Below, in pieces: positions 1 through 9,402 of a stretch of 64,000 nt of DNA. Source of the DNA: Candidatus Altimarinota bacterium. GTDB lineage: Bacteria > Patescibacteriota > Gracilibacteria > CAIRYL01. Below the pieces are notes generated by a model, which searched no databases, was not told the origin of the DNA, and saw nothing but the letters and a program-made list of their open reading frames with translations. Position numbers and translations under genes: made by a program. The stretch spans positions 1,280,001 through 1,344,000 of the forward strand of contig OZ252287.1 in NCBI GenBank assembly GCA_965250085.1. Reading direction: 5' to 3'. Numbering within the stretch: the stretch's first letter is position 1; every line of letters begins with the position of its first letter.

Positions 1-456
1 TTTTTTCGGCGAAAAAATGCCGCTGATTTTGCCACTCCAAATGAAGGTGAACCACTGGACGATATGGCATTCCAAAGTCTTCTGAGGAGTGCCGATGTTC
101 GTTTTCAAGACCCTACTGGAAATACTCTTAATGATCGAGAAGTGGCAACGCTCAATCCTTTTGGTTTTTATGAAATTCCAGAGATTCCAGATCACCCACT
201 CAAGCCTATAATTGAAGCCTTTGCAGAACAATATCGCGAATTATGCAGCACTCATGGCATGAGAGCAGTAAGTTGTCCCACAGATACCTCATTTAATGCT
301 TTGTTACCGCGTATTATACAAAGTGTACGGGCTGTTTTGCGTACAGCTGATGCGAGCAGTGCTGAGGGCTATGTTATTGCGCTTGATAAAGCATTGAACG
401 AAGGTGGGCAACAAGGATTTTTAGAAAAAACACAAGAAATTTTTGACCTCCTGTAG
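1..456 (+). CDS. hypothetical protein, probably 5'-truncated by the window edge
   Basis: Frame 1 is open from base 1 (FFRRKNAADFATPNEGEPLDD-M) into the 64..456 ORF. It ends 14 bp before the next gene. Confidence 0.7.
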   Translation, partial: FFRRKNAADFATPNEGEPLDDMAFQSLLRSADVRFQDPTGNTLNDREVATLNPFGFYEIPEIPDHPLKPIIEAFAEQYRELCSTHGMRAVSCPTDTSFNALLPRIIQSVRAVLRTADASSAEGYVIALDKALNEGGQQGFLEKTQEIFDLL

Positions 457-470
457 TATATTTCCTCCCT

Positions 471-2198
471 ATGACTCAATTCGAACACGAATGGCAAGAC
501 CTGGCAACCGGCTTAGAGCAGTTACAAACTGTTTATCTAGGTTATGAAGAAGACCTGGAAGATCTGGCATTTGATATGCGAAACAGGGCATTGGGAAAAG
601 AGAGCCCTCTGCGTTTGAATATTGATGGCGCCAGATTGCGCATTAATCAGCGGGAAGAAGAAGTAACAATGATTGAGCAGGTTGCGCAGTTTATTCATAT
701 TCTTTATGAGAAGCTGGGAGATGCAGATAAGGCTTCTGTCAATGGCGAGCTCATGGAGCGTGTAGCTGCTATTGCTAGCAACATTCGCACCGGTATTCGT
801 GATCGCATTGAACCATTGGTACCAGAGATAGGAAAACTCCGTTGGCGTGATGTAAATGTGGAGATCGTGAGGATCAAGCATGCTTTTCGTGGTGAACAAC
901 TTGGAGCAGGTATGACCAAATTGCGCCAAATTATCCATCGGAGGGAATTGGGGCAGGAGGATTACACTTTGGAGCACGAAGATATTCATTTGGATATTAA
1001 AAAAGAAGACTCAGATGAAGTTATGTTACAAAAACTCGCAACATTTAGCCGCGCAATTCAGCGAAAGTGTGATGAAAAATTTCCAGAACCAATGGAGCGT
1101 GAGGTGGAACAATTTCCAAGTAGCGCAGTATATTGGACAGAGGTGGCAACCGGTTTCATGCAACTCAAGGAACAGTTTCGTGGCTCCGATCTTGGAGCAG
1201 AATTTTCTAGTCTCAAAAACCTTATTGACTCTGAAAGAATTAAAGAAGCCGGTTACCACATTGAAACCGAGTGGGCTACGCTGCAGATAGAACCAGACAC
1301 GCCATACTACCAAATGGCTGACCAAATAGCTGAATTTGTTGAAATAGTCCAAAAAGGGAATCCTGACAAATTCCCTGAACCGTTTACTGTTGCTGAGGCA
1401 AAAAAAGCACTTGATGCTCAAAAATTCCATTGGCGTGATGCTATTGCGGCAATAGATCATCTCCAAAGCTCTGCTTACCCAGCAAATGAGTATCCGGCTC
1501 TTCAGGAACTCAAGGCAAGAATGGAAGCCGGGACACTCGGAGTTGATTCAGATATGGCGATTTATATCGGTCCCATTCGTTTGAATATCAAAAAAACAAA
1601 TAGCGACACTGATATTCAACATAAAGTAGCCGTGTTTATTGGTGAGCTCAAACAAGTCGTACCAGATGAAAAGACGTCGACTACAGAACCACTTGATCCA
1701 AAATTGGATCAGACTTTCTGGCGAGATATTGAAGCGGCTTTGATCAGCTTAGAAGATGTATATGGCACGAATAAAACATTTCGAAAGCTGGTTTTCTTTA
1801 TAAAGGAAGGTATCTTGGGGGCGAATGATTTTACTGCCAACGTAGGTGGACACACTTTAGAGATAAAAAGTACTGATAGTGATTTGGAAATGCGCGATAA
1901 GCTCAATACATTCATTCGTGAACTCAATGAAGGCAGAATTGTAGAACTTGATCGTAAGGCAATGGAGCGAATACAAGAACTTGAGAGAAATCAAATAGAG
2001 CTCGAAGAAGAATATCGTAGACAAACACAACGAGCACGATTAGAGTTTGAAGAGCAAAGACAAACTGCCAGACGTGTTACTGAACAGAAGGAACAAAGCA
2101 TAGAGCAACTCGAAAATGAACTCAGAAGAGTGCGGATGAGGCCGACCCCAGCACCAAGACCGGCTCCGGTTCGTCCGGTTCGTTCTTATAGCGGGTAG
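471..2198 (+). CDS. hypothetical protein with five tandem ~95-aa repeats and a C-terminal coiled coil
   Basis: 575 aa. Recurring W(R/Q/T)(D/E) motifs at W8, W125, W222, W321 and W417, each followed by L.I....SD.EM..K.A.FI-like segments. E/Q/R-rich coiled coil after about aa 490. Confidence 0.8.
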   Translation: MTQFEHEWQDLATGLEQLQTVYLGYEEDLEDLAFDMRNRALGKESPLRLNIDGARLRINQREEEVTMIEQVAQFIHILYEKLGDADKASVNGELMERVAAIASNIRTGIRDRIEPLVPEIGKLRWRDVNVEIVRIKHAFRGEQLGAGMTKLRQIIHRRELGQEDYTLEHEDIHLDIKKEDSDEVMLQKLATFSRAIQRKCDEKFPEPMEREVEQFPSSAVYWTEVATGFMQLKEQFRGSDLGAEFSSLKNLIDSERIKEAGYHIETEWATLQIEPDTPYYQMADQIAEFVEIVQKGNPDKFPEPFTVAEAKKALDAQKFHWRDAIAAIDHLQSSAYPANEYPALQELKARMEAGTLGVDSDMAIYIGPIRLNIKKTNSDTDIQHKVAVFIGELKQVVPDEKTSTTEPLDPKLDQTFWRDIEAALISLEDVYGTNKTFRKLVFFIKEGILGANDFTANVGGHTLEIKSTDSDLEMRDKLNTFIRELNEGRIVELDRKAMERIQELERNQIELEEEYRRQTQRARLEFEEQRQTARRVTEQKEQSIEQLENELRRVRMRPTPAPRPAPVRPVRSYSG

Positions 2199-2255
2199 CA
2201 GTGAGTGGTAAACAATAACGAAAATCTTGGTACCTCATAATCATTGAGGATCATA

Positions 2256-4337
2256 TTAAGATTCACCATTCGCCTTATGTAACAAGTTATCTCTAAATTC
2301 GGAAATTCCCCGCCGCCCCTTTGTGAGAGTTTTTACAAGATCAAGATCACCCACTGGTTTTCCCATAAGTAGCAATTGACCATACTCATCAGGCGCTGGC
2401 TTATCTCTTTTACCGGCATATGGCGTTGGTTTTAAATGTACAGGGATGCTTTGTATCGTGTCACTATCGGTGTCCAAAGCATGGAGAACGCCGGCACTAA
2501 TTCCATTTTGTGCAGTGATGTCTTGAGGGTCAATTTCCCCATCTGCCCATTGATAGTGCCTATGGTAAAAAGCGTCTGCAAAACGAACCTTTACTCCACC
2601 ATTTTCATCTGTAGTGAGCAAGAGATTCATAGTATGATCCTCCACCTCTTCTGGACCTTCAGAGTTCATCAGATATTCACCCTCTTCCGAACGGCGAGCA
2701 TCGTATTTCCCATTCATTTGAATTGGTGCATTAACCACAAAATCAAAGGTTCTCAGCTCATATCTCTGAATCTCCTCAACCTGTGAAAGTAAATATTGAT
2801 ACTGCTCAAAATCACCACTCGCAATCTCGTCATATGCCTGTCGTAATAGTTTATTCACATGGACCTTTTGCCACATGTCAAACAGCAACTGTTTCGCCTG
2901 AGCATGATGACGACAATCCCCTAATCCAAGAGCCAGACTCGTAGAAATATTTGTACGAGAATCTACTCCCTTTTTTGCACCATCAGCTACACCTCCTGTT
3001 TGTACCAGGCCTCTCAGTGTTTTGTCATAAACTTTATGTCCATCACTTTGAAGATTTTCTAAGTCAAGTTTCTCTGTTTCAAAAGTAGATCGGAGGAATA
3101 TATCCACAATCTTCAAAAATTGGTCAATATCAGCAACATCCATCAAAGATGCTGGAGCTCCAGAAAGTATTTGTCTTGCCTCCTCTTGAGAATACTTCAA
3201 ACAACTCAAATCTATCATTTCGGCAATTGGGGTTGAAAGTAGAGTTTCGATTTGGCCACGATCAGTACGATTGATAGCGTGATCGCTAAGATCTCCTCCA
3301 AAATCAAAATTCCCACCCACAAAGTTAGAGCTCAGTCCTCTGTAGCTAAAAGAATTTGCGCGCCACATTTCTGGAAGAAAATTCTTTTCTATTGTTGTTG
3401 TTGCAAAATCTTTTCCAAGACGACTTTGTTTTTCTTGCAATTGCTCTTGTGAGAAATTCTTAATGTCATCTAGATGTTGTCGCAAGGCATCAATAGCCTC
3501 TCGGTTCGCACTATTTGGAGGGGCAAGTTTTTCCAAATTAGATAATGTCGACTCAATCTCCCATGTTGCCGTGGCAACGGATAAGACTTTTGTTGTGATA
3601 TCTTTAATTGCTGTAGCGTCTTTTTCAGCGATACAAGCCAACTCTAACATTGTAACAACACACCAGTAGTCTTCTGACTCAACACCACCATCACGTTCGC
3701 AGGAGAGGTAGACCATTTGTGCCACTCTCTTTGCACGTTCCACTTGTCCCAATTCCAGGAGACGATATACCACATTAACGCCAGGATAGTAGTCAAAATC
3801 CATAAGATATCCATTTTCATAAGCCTCAAGAGACTTCTCGGTTTCTCTTTTTACTAAATGTGCCTTTCCCATCGCTCCATAAACTTCTCCATTTACTTGT
3901 CCTTCTTTCACAAGATCATTGCAGAGTTCAAGGGTTCTGTCAGGCTGATTCGTTTTATTACAAGCCACCGCACAAAATTCACAAACAATGCTTGAAGAAC
4001 GAAATTCATCATTCTCACATTGTTCATACACTCGAAGCATATTTTCAAATGATCCAAGAGCCTTAAAATGATTAAAAATCATCATAAGGGTGGAAGGTGG
4101 AAAATCGATCAGATCATTTTCATCAAAAGCATAGTGCTCCAAGCGACTGATTTTTTTGTCTTTTTCTTCTGTCTCACTCCGATGAGAAAGACATTCTGCC
4201 ATAGCTCCATGTTGTTTTCTCTGCAGGTCAATTATGCCTCTATTTTGGGTTGTTGCTAGATCAAGGTCTATCTCTGCCGGATTAGTGCTAAATTTTTGAA
4301 ATTCGAGGACGGGTACGGATGTATTAGAAGATGACAT
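2256..4337 (-). CDS. TPR-S/DUF4071 (MAP3K TRAF-binding-like) domain fused to an EDR1/transglutaminase-like putative Cys enzyme domain
   Basis: N-terminal motifs EVYGAMGK, YYPGVN, DYWCVVTMLE and WEIESTLSNL are typical of DUF4071/TPR-S. C-terminal GDCRHHAQAKQLLFD...HTMNLL...FADAFY resembles the EDR1 GxCRHRALLFKxLxD...HxxN...D motif. Confidence 0.65.
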   Translation of the reverse strand: MSSSNTSVPVLEFQKFSTNPAEIDLDLATTQNRGIIDLQRKQHGAMAECLSHRSETEEKDKKISRLEHYAFDENDLIDFPPSTLMMIFNHFKALGSFENMLRVYEQCENDEFRSSSIVCEFCAVACNKTNQPDRTLELCNDLVKEGQVNGEVYGAMGKAHLVKRETEKSLEAYENGYLMDFDYYPGVNVVYRLLELGQVERAKRVAQMVYLSCERDGGVESEDYWCVVTMLELACIAEKDATAIKDITTKVLSVATATWEIESTLSNLEKLAPPNSANREAIDALRQHLDDIKNFSQEQLQEKQSRLGKDFATTTIEKNFLPEMWRANSFSYRGLSSNFVGGNFDFGGDLSDHAINRTDRGQIETLLSTPIAEMIDLSCLKYSQEEARQILSGAPASLMDVADIDQFLKIVDIFLRSTFETEKLDLENLQSDGHKVYDKTLRGLVQTGGVADGAKKGVDSRTNISTSLALGLGDCRHHAQAKQLLFDMWQKVHVNKLLRQAYDEIASGDFEQYQYLLSQVEEIQRYELRTFDFVVNAPIQMNGKYDARRSEEGEYLMNSEGPEEVEDHTMNLLLTTDENGGVKVRFADAFYHRHYQWADGEIDPQDITAQNGISAGVLHALDTDSDTIQSIPVHLKPTPYAGKRDKPAPDEYGQLLLMGKPVGDLDLVKTLTKGRRGISEFRDNLLHKANGES

Positions 4338-4367
4338 GCTCTATTAAGATAAAATTTGATAACTTAG

Positions 4368-5793
4368 GGGAGCGTACCAATTTGGGGGCCTGTGATTTAA
4401 GAATAACGGCTTGAGGTAAAGCTCTGGAGAAAGTTATCGAGATAAAGTAGAATATTTCTTCTTTTTTTCTTTAATTTATTTATGACAAATACAAAAAAAA
4501 CTTCGATGTCCTGTATGTGAAGGACTCAACACTATAAGAAAAGGGCGTCACCGGAACCATCTTCGTATTTACTGCCATGATTGCGGCAAGAAAATAACTC
4601 TCAACGACAAAAACAAAAAAGCAGAAGAAATCCTGAAGGCTCATCTCAACAGAAACTCATGCCGTATTCTCGCCGTAGAAAATGAGATGGATAAAAAGAC
4701 GATTTGCAAAATCATAAACAAGACAACGCCAAAACTAATTGATTCCAATGAGCTGACTCGTTTGATGTGTCCTCAGAATTATTGTGGGATTGTTTTGGTT
4801 GATGGTAAGTGTATTGGAGTAAAGGATTCCAAGCAGACTGTCACCGGAAGAAAAGCGAAGACAAAGAAGGGGCTTGTAGACATATCCTTCATGGATTATG
4901 AATCTCACGATATTCCTGTTCATATTTTGGCAGCTTCAGAGAATATGCATGATATTGAGCAAGGATTTTTAATGCTCAGGGAGATTGGCTATCCGCTGAA
5001 GGTGGTTGTTTGTGATGAGAGCATGGGAGAGACGATGAGTGTGGCGAAGAGAATCTTTCCCGATGTTATTGTTCAGCTCTGCCTTACTCACTATAGTGCT
5101 GCATTAGATAGGAATATGAAGGTGAACAGTGCCAAAAGAAAAATATCTTCCTTGGAGAAAAAACTAGCTCATCTCGGTAAGAGCATTCTCATATCTTCTC
5201 ACAAGTATAATAAGAATAAGGCTGTGGAATTGAGCAATCAATTAGCAGATATTGAACATGAATACCACTACCTGATTACTGTTCAGCATATTTTACAGAA
5301 AATATTTTGGTCGGCAATGACGACAGAAGACCTCAATAAATTAGAAGACGAGCTCAATATCGCTATTGCTGGAATGGATTTAAAGAAATATCCACATGCT
5401 CAAAAAATACGAGATGCTTATGATAACTACTACAAGAAAAGAGATTTGATTATTGCCTCTATCAACCATCCTGAGCTTGATATTCCAAGAACTACAAATC
5501 TCATTGAAGGCTATCACAGCACCTCTGTGGAGATTAGGCTCAGTGGTATTCGTGGGTTTGAGCATGAAGAAACTGCTGCCAATTATATAAATGCTCTTAT
5601 TCTCAGGAGAAGATTCTGGAAATTCACCGACTGTAAAACAAAATTCAAGCACTTGAATGGTCAATCTCCTCTTCAAGCTGCTCATCCAAAAAACCTATTT
5701 GGCTTCGACTTCCATTCTCATGATTGGATTCCTTTTTGTATCAATCTCAACCGCAAAAAATGACAGAACAGGTCCCCAAATTGGTACGCTCCC
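4368..5793 (+). mobile_element. IS256/Mutator-like insertion sequence, 1426 bp
   Basis: IRL GGGAGCGTACCAATTTGGGGGCCTGT (4368-4393) and IRR ACAGGTCCCCAAATTGGTACGCTCCC (5768-5793) match at 25/26. A 9-bp direct repeat ATAACTTAG flanks it at 4359-4367 and 5794-5802. Confidence 0.93.
4482..5763 (+). CDS. DDE transposase (IS256-like) with an N-terminal Zn ribbon; ATG 4482 is out of frame at an A8 run
   Basis: Motifs VLVDGK, VVCDES, VQLCLTHY and RTTNLIEGYH. The frame is open upstream of 4687 and encodes CPVC...CHDC from 4501. Confidence 0.85.
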
Positions 5794-5907
5794 ATAACTT
5801 AGTGTATTATTGTACACCTTTATATGTAAAAAGCAAATCTAAATGACATCGTTATAAAACAGTGATACCCTGCAGGATGGCTTTTTTTAGTGTCTTTTAG
5901 AAGTATT

Positions 5908-7323
5908 ATGAGAAAATTAGAAGTTCTCCTTATTCATCTCCCGCGTAAATCTAAAATTATTCCGCGTATCACTCTGATGCCCATGGGTATCTTTGCTATA
6001 GCTGATTATCTGGACTCAAATGGCACACCTGTACAAATTATCCACGAAGGGCTTGAAAAACAGATCAATCCAAAATTCTCATTATTACGATATGTTCGTA
6101 AAAACAACATACACATCTGCGCATTTGCTTTACATTGGCATCAGCAAGCTCGCAGGGTCATACAGATGGCTCGAAAATTGAAGGCAAAAATACCTCAAAT
6201 GACCATTATTATTGGCGGTGTGACTGCTTCTATTTTTGCTGATGAAATTCTCGAAAAGCATCCAGAAATTGATTTTGTGATCAAAGGAGACTCAGAAATA
6301 CCAATGCATCAACTCTGCACGGCATTACAAGCAGATAAACTAGATATTTTACCAACTATTCCCAATTTGATGTGGAGAAGTGCAAAAGGTGAAATTCAAA
6401 AAAATGACGACTATCAATTAGACAATACACAGGTACGGGAGATTTCTTTCACAAATTTTAAACTTCTGAAAAATTATAGAAGATACCTTTCTTTTCGCCA
6501 TAACCAGCCTCTTATCTGTGGTCAAAAAGCGTTTTCTTTTAGTGCCGGAAGAGGTTGTAATGCCGGGTGTCCCTACTGTGCTGGTTCACGCCGAGCAGAG
6601 CAAAAATACTACAATCGAACTAAAGTACAACTTTTCCCGCATGGCTACGTAATTAGGCAACTGGAAGGAATGATACAAAACGGCGTTCATACTTGGAACT
6701 CATGTTTTGATCCCGATCCGAAATCGGACTATTATATTAAGTTATTTCGGGAAATCAGAAAAAAAGACCTTACAATAACTCATTTTTTTGACTGTTTTGG
6801 CTTGCCAACAAAACAATTTTTAGATGAATTTCGAAAAACATTTACAAAAAAATCGGCTATCAATATTTCTCCCGAAACCGGATCGGATGAGCTCCGCAAA
6901 AAAATTCGCACCTTTTACTATACCAATAAGGAACTTTTGGAGATCTTAGCATATATTATAAGACAGCGAATGAATTGCTCAGTGTATTTTTCCACAGGGC
7001 TCCCATTTGAAAAAAAAGAAGACTTGTTGCAATCTTTTAAACTCATAGATACTATTCGCAACAAATTTCCAAAAGTGAGAATTTATTCAGGTGTTATCGA
7101 TTTGGAACCCGGATCAGCACTATTTGACTATCAATCCAGACTAGGGGTGCGGAGTAAGATTCGTAACTTCGAAACTTTATTGGAAGTGCAAAAGAAAACT
7201 TTAGAGGTAAATTATTCAACGAGAGAATTTTCACGAAGACAAATTGAGAAGCACTGTGATCTTTTGAAGATTGAAGCACAATGCCGTAAAAAGAAATCAT
7301 TTTTTTTTACAAGATTTTTGTAA
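5908..7323 (+). CDS. B12-binding domain / radical SAM protein
   Basis: N-terminal PMGIFAIADYL, IIIGGVTAS and IDFVIKGDSE (cobalamin-binding domain) plus GRGCNAGCPYC (CxxxCxxC). ATG 5908 preferred over GTG 5890. The C-terminus may be truncated by a T9 frameshift. Confidence 0.9.
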   Translation: MRKLEVLLIHLPRKSKIIPRITLMPMGIFAIADYLDSNGTPVQIIHEGLEKQINPKFSLLRYVRKNNIHICAFALHWHQQARRVIQMARKLKAKIPQMTIIIGGVTASIFADEILEKHPEIDFVIKGDSEIPMHQLCTALQADKLDILPTIPNLMWRSAKGEIQKNDDYQLDNTQVREISFTNFKLLKNYRRYLSFRHNQPLICGQKAFSFSAGRGCNAGCPYCAGSRRAEQKYYNRTKVQLFPHGYVIRQLEGMIQNGVHTWNSCFDPDPKSDYYIKLFREIRKKDLTITHFFDCFGLPTKQFLDEFRKTFTKKSAINISPETGSDELRKKIRTFYYTNKELLEILAYIIRQRMNCSVYFSTGLPFEKKEDLLQSFKLIDTIRNKFPKVRIYSGVIDLEPGSALFDYQSRLGVRSKIRNFETLLEVQKKTLEVNYSTREFSRRQIEKHCDLLKIEAQCRKKKSFFFTRFL

Positions 7324-7449
7324 AAGAAAAAAACTCCCAGTGCACTTATACAGTGTGGCGAAGAAAGCGTGCCAGCAGTGTAGGTATTTCAAAGAATGCT
7401 ATCAGTCGAAATAAGCATGGTAAGGAGCAATTTTGTTTAATGGAATTTC

Positions 7450-8445
7450 TTATCCAAATGTTGCCAGTTTTGCTTCCTTAAGCGTCTCTAGCGCTTGTCC
7501 GCAAGCGGCCTTGTGTCTTATTTCTTCATCAATTGCAGGCGCATATGCATATGAGAATCCAGTTTCATCGAGATTCTCCAATATCCCTTGCAAGCTCTGA
7601 CTAGAGAGTGCTTCTTTATAAAGCACATCTTCTTCTCGAAGCAAGCCGCGAAATCCTTGCTGCTCAGCATTTTCTGTCATGTTGAGCGGTGAAAGGCGAA
7701 TATAAATATCTTCCATGCCAAAATAATCTTTAAGTTTTCTAAAATCATATTGCCTTCCCTCAAATAAAATTACATTCAAAGAAACTTTCCTCGGATTAAG
7801 CTTGCGAAATTCTTTTACCCATTTACCCATTTCTGGAAGACTCATAATGGCTCCGATATTTTTCATGTCGAAGAGCGCGGCTCTTGTTTCTTCGTCAGTG
7901 CCATGAGCACTGAACTGCATCATGATGTGCTTTGCAATCTCAGGATGATCAAGAAATTTCTCTACCCCCTGCCGCCAACCAATAGTACTCATGCCAATTT
8001 TGACATGAGGATAGCGATCGGCAAGTTCATAAATCGATCCGAGCACATTCTCAATATTGAGACATGGCTCACCCATACGTGTATAGAGCACATGAAACTC
8101 TTTGCTTTCGAGAGGATCCGTAGAACGCCCATACGCTTTTCCCTGTTCCAAAAGGTAGTCTATTTGTCCAACAAGTTCTCCAGCGGTGAGATTGCGCTTG
8201 AAGCTCCTTCGTACCGCACAAAATTTGCACCCCATAGAGCATCCGAGCATCGAACAGATAGTAAGAACCCGTTTGTGCATATCGCTCACATTTCCGAAAT
8301 CTCGAAATCGATATGGTCTGGTGCCTGCTTCGTTTTCATTTGGCAAAAAGACGTCACCCATTTCTAAAAACTCACCTTTGCCAAGCTCGGCAACATACGC
8401 TTGCCCGCATTCCATCTCAATAGCCTTTATCGTTTTCATATGCAT
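7450..8445 (-). CDS. divergent RlmN/Cfr-like radical SAM protein
   Basis: GCSMGCKFC, RNLTAGELVGQI, MGEP and C-terminal AACGQ. Lacks the RlmN N-terminal helical domain. Confidence 0.82.
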   Translation of the reverse strand: MHMKTIKAIEMECGQAYVAELGKGEFLEMGDVFLPNENEAGTRPYRFRDFGNVSDMHKRVLTICSMLGCSMGCKFCAVRRSFKRNLTAGELVGQIDYLLEQGKAYGRSTDPLESKEFHVLYTRMGEPCLNIENVLGSIYELADRYPHVKIGMSTIGWRQGVEKFLDHPEIAKHIMMQFSAHGTDEETRAALFDMKNIGAIMSLPEMGKWVKEFRKLNPRKVSLNVILFEGRQYDFRKLKDYFGMEDIYIRLSPLNMTENAEQQGFRGLLREEDVLYKEALSSQSLQGILENLDETGFSYAYAPAIDEEIRHKAACGQALETLKEAKLATFG

Positions 8446-8508
8446 CTTCCATTTGGAAAAACGTTATTGCTACTATACGCTATTTATACTCACAGTTTCA
8501 ATTTCTCA

Positions 8509-9396
8509 ATGACCAAAAATACCTCTCCATTAGAGTTTTTAGAAAATGTTTTACAGAGCCGAAAATATTCCGAGTTAGAGAAAAAAAGGGTACTCAAGGA
8601 TTTAGAAGTTTTCTGTACGAGGCTTAAAAAGGGTGAATATAAGAAGACCGATTTTGCTGGAAACAAATTTAACATCCCCGAGCGAACACAGGAATTTTTA
8701 ATCTATCTTGAGCTATACTGTTACAATGCTCAGACATGGGCAAAAATACTAAAACCACTCAAGATTCATAGGTACAAGCGCATTGTTGATCTCTGTCCGG
8801 GCTGGACACCAAAGATCGAATTGGCATTATTTTATCTTTCCTATACAGGCGAGGTTTTGATTCTCGACAAGGAAGCGGACTCAAGTGAGCGGGTCATAAA
8901 ATTTATGGAACTTTTTCATCCGCAATACACAATCCAAAAGAAAGAGCAGGATCTTTTTGAGCCGATCAAAGAAAGTTACGAAGTTGTTATCGCAAACCAT
9001 ATTGTTGACGATTTGGTGCTGCATTACTTTGCAAAAAAAATGGACATCAAACCGAAAGATATTTATGAGAAAGAAGGAATATTTGAAGATCTTTGGAAAA
9101 AAATATTGAGAAAAAAGGAAAATCATATGCAAGAAATATTACCTATACTTATTGAAATATTCTCAAAAATTGTATGCAAAGGAGGTATTGTATTGCTTTC
9201 GCAGTATAAGAGTTATATTGAGAATCTCCTCGATTTAGACGAAGCAGTAGAATTTACGGTCGTACTGCTCAGGAAAGTAACGACGAAACTTTGTGAAGAA
9301 GGTTTTGAACATTTGGATGATATTACCAAAAAAGCCCTGAAGGGTTTTAAGGGGCATTTTGAAGCAGAACAGTGTTTTGTATTGAAGAAACGATAA
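8509..9396 (+). CDS. putative class I SAM-dependent methyltransferase
   Basis: IVDLCPGW (motif I-like), VLILDKE (motif II), YEVVIANHIVDD, and IVCKGGIVLL. ATG 8509 avoids overlap with the divergent gene. Confidence 0.6.
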   Translation: MTKNTSPLEFLENVLQSRKYSELEKKRVLKDLEVFCTRLKKGEYKKTDFAGNKFNIPERTQEFLIYLELYCYNAQTWAKILKPLKIHRYKRIVDLCPGWTPKIELALFYLSYTGEVLILDKEADSSERVIKFMELFHPQYTIQKKEQDLFEPIKESYEVVIANHIVDDLVLHYFAKKMDIKPKDIYEKEGIFEDLWKKILRKKENHMQEILPILIEIFSKIVCKGGIVLLSQYKSYIENLLDLDEAVEFTVVLLRKVTTKLCEEGFEHLDDITKKALKGFKGHFEAEQCFVLKKR

Positions 9397-9402
9397 TTCT
9401 CA

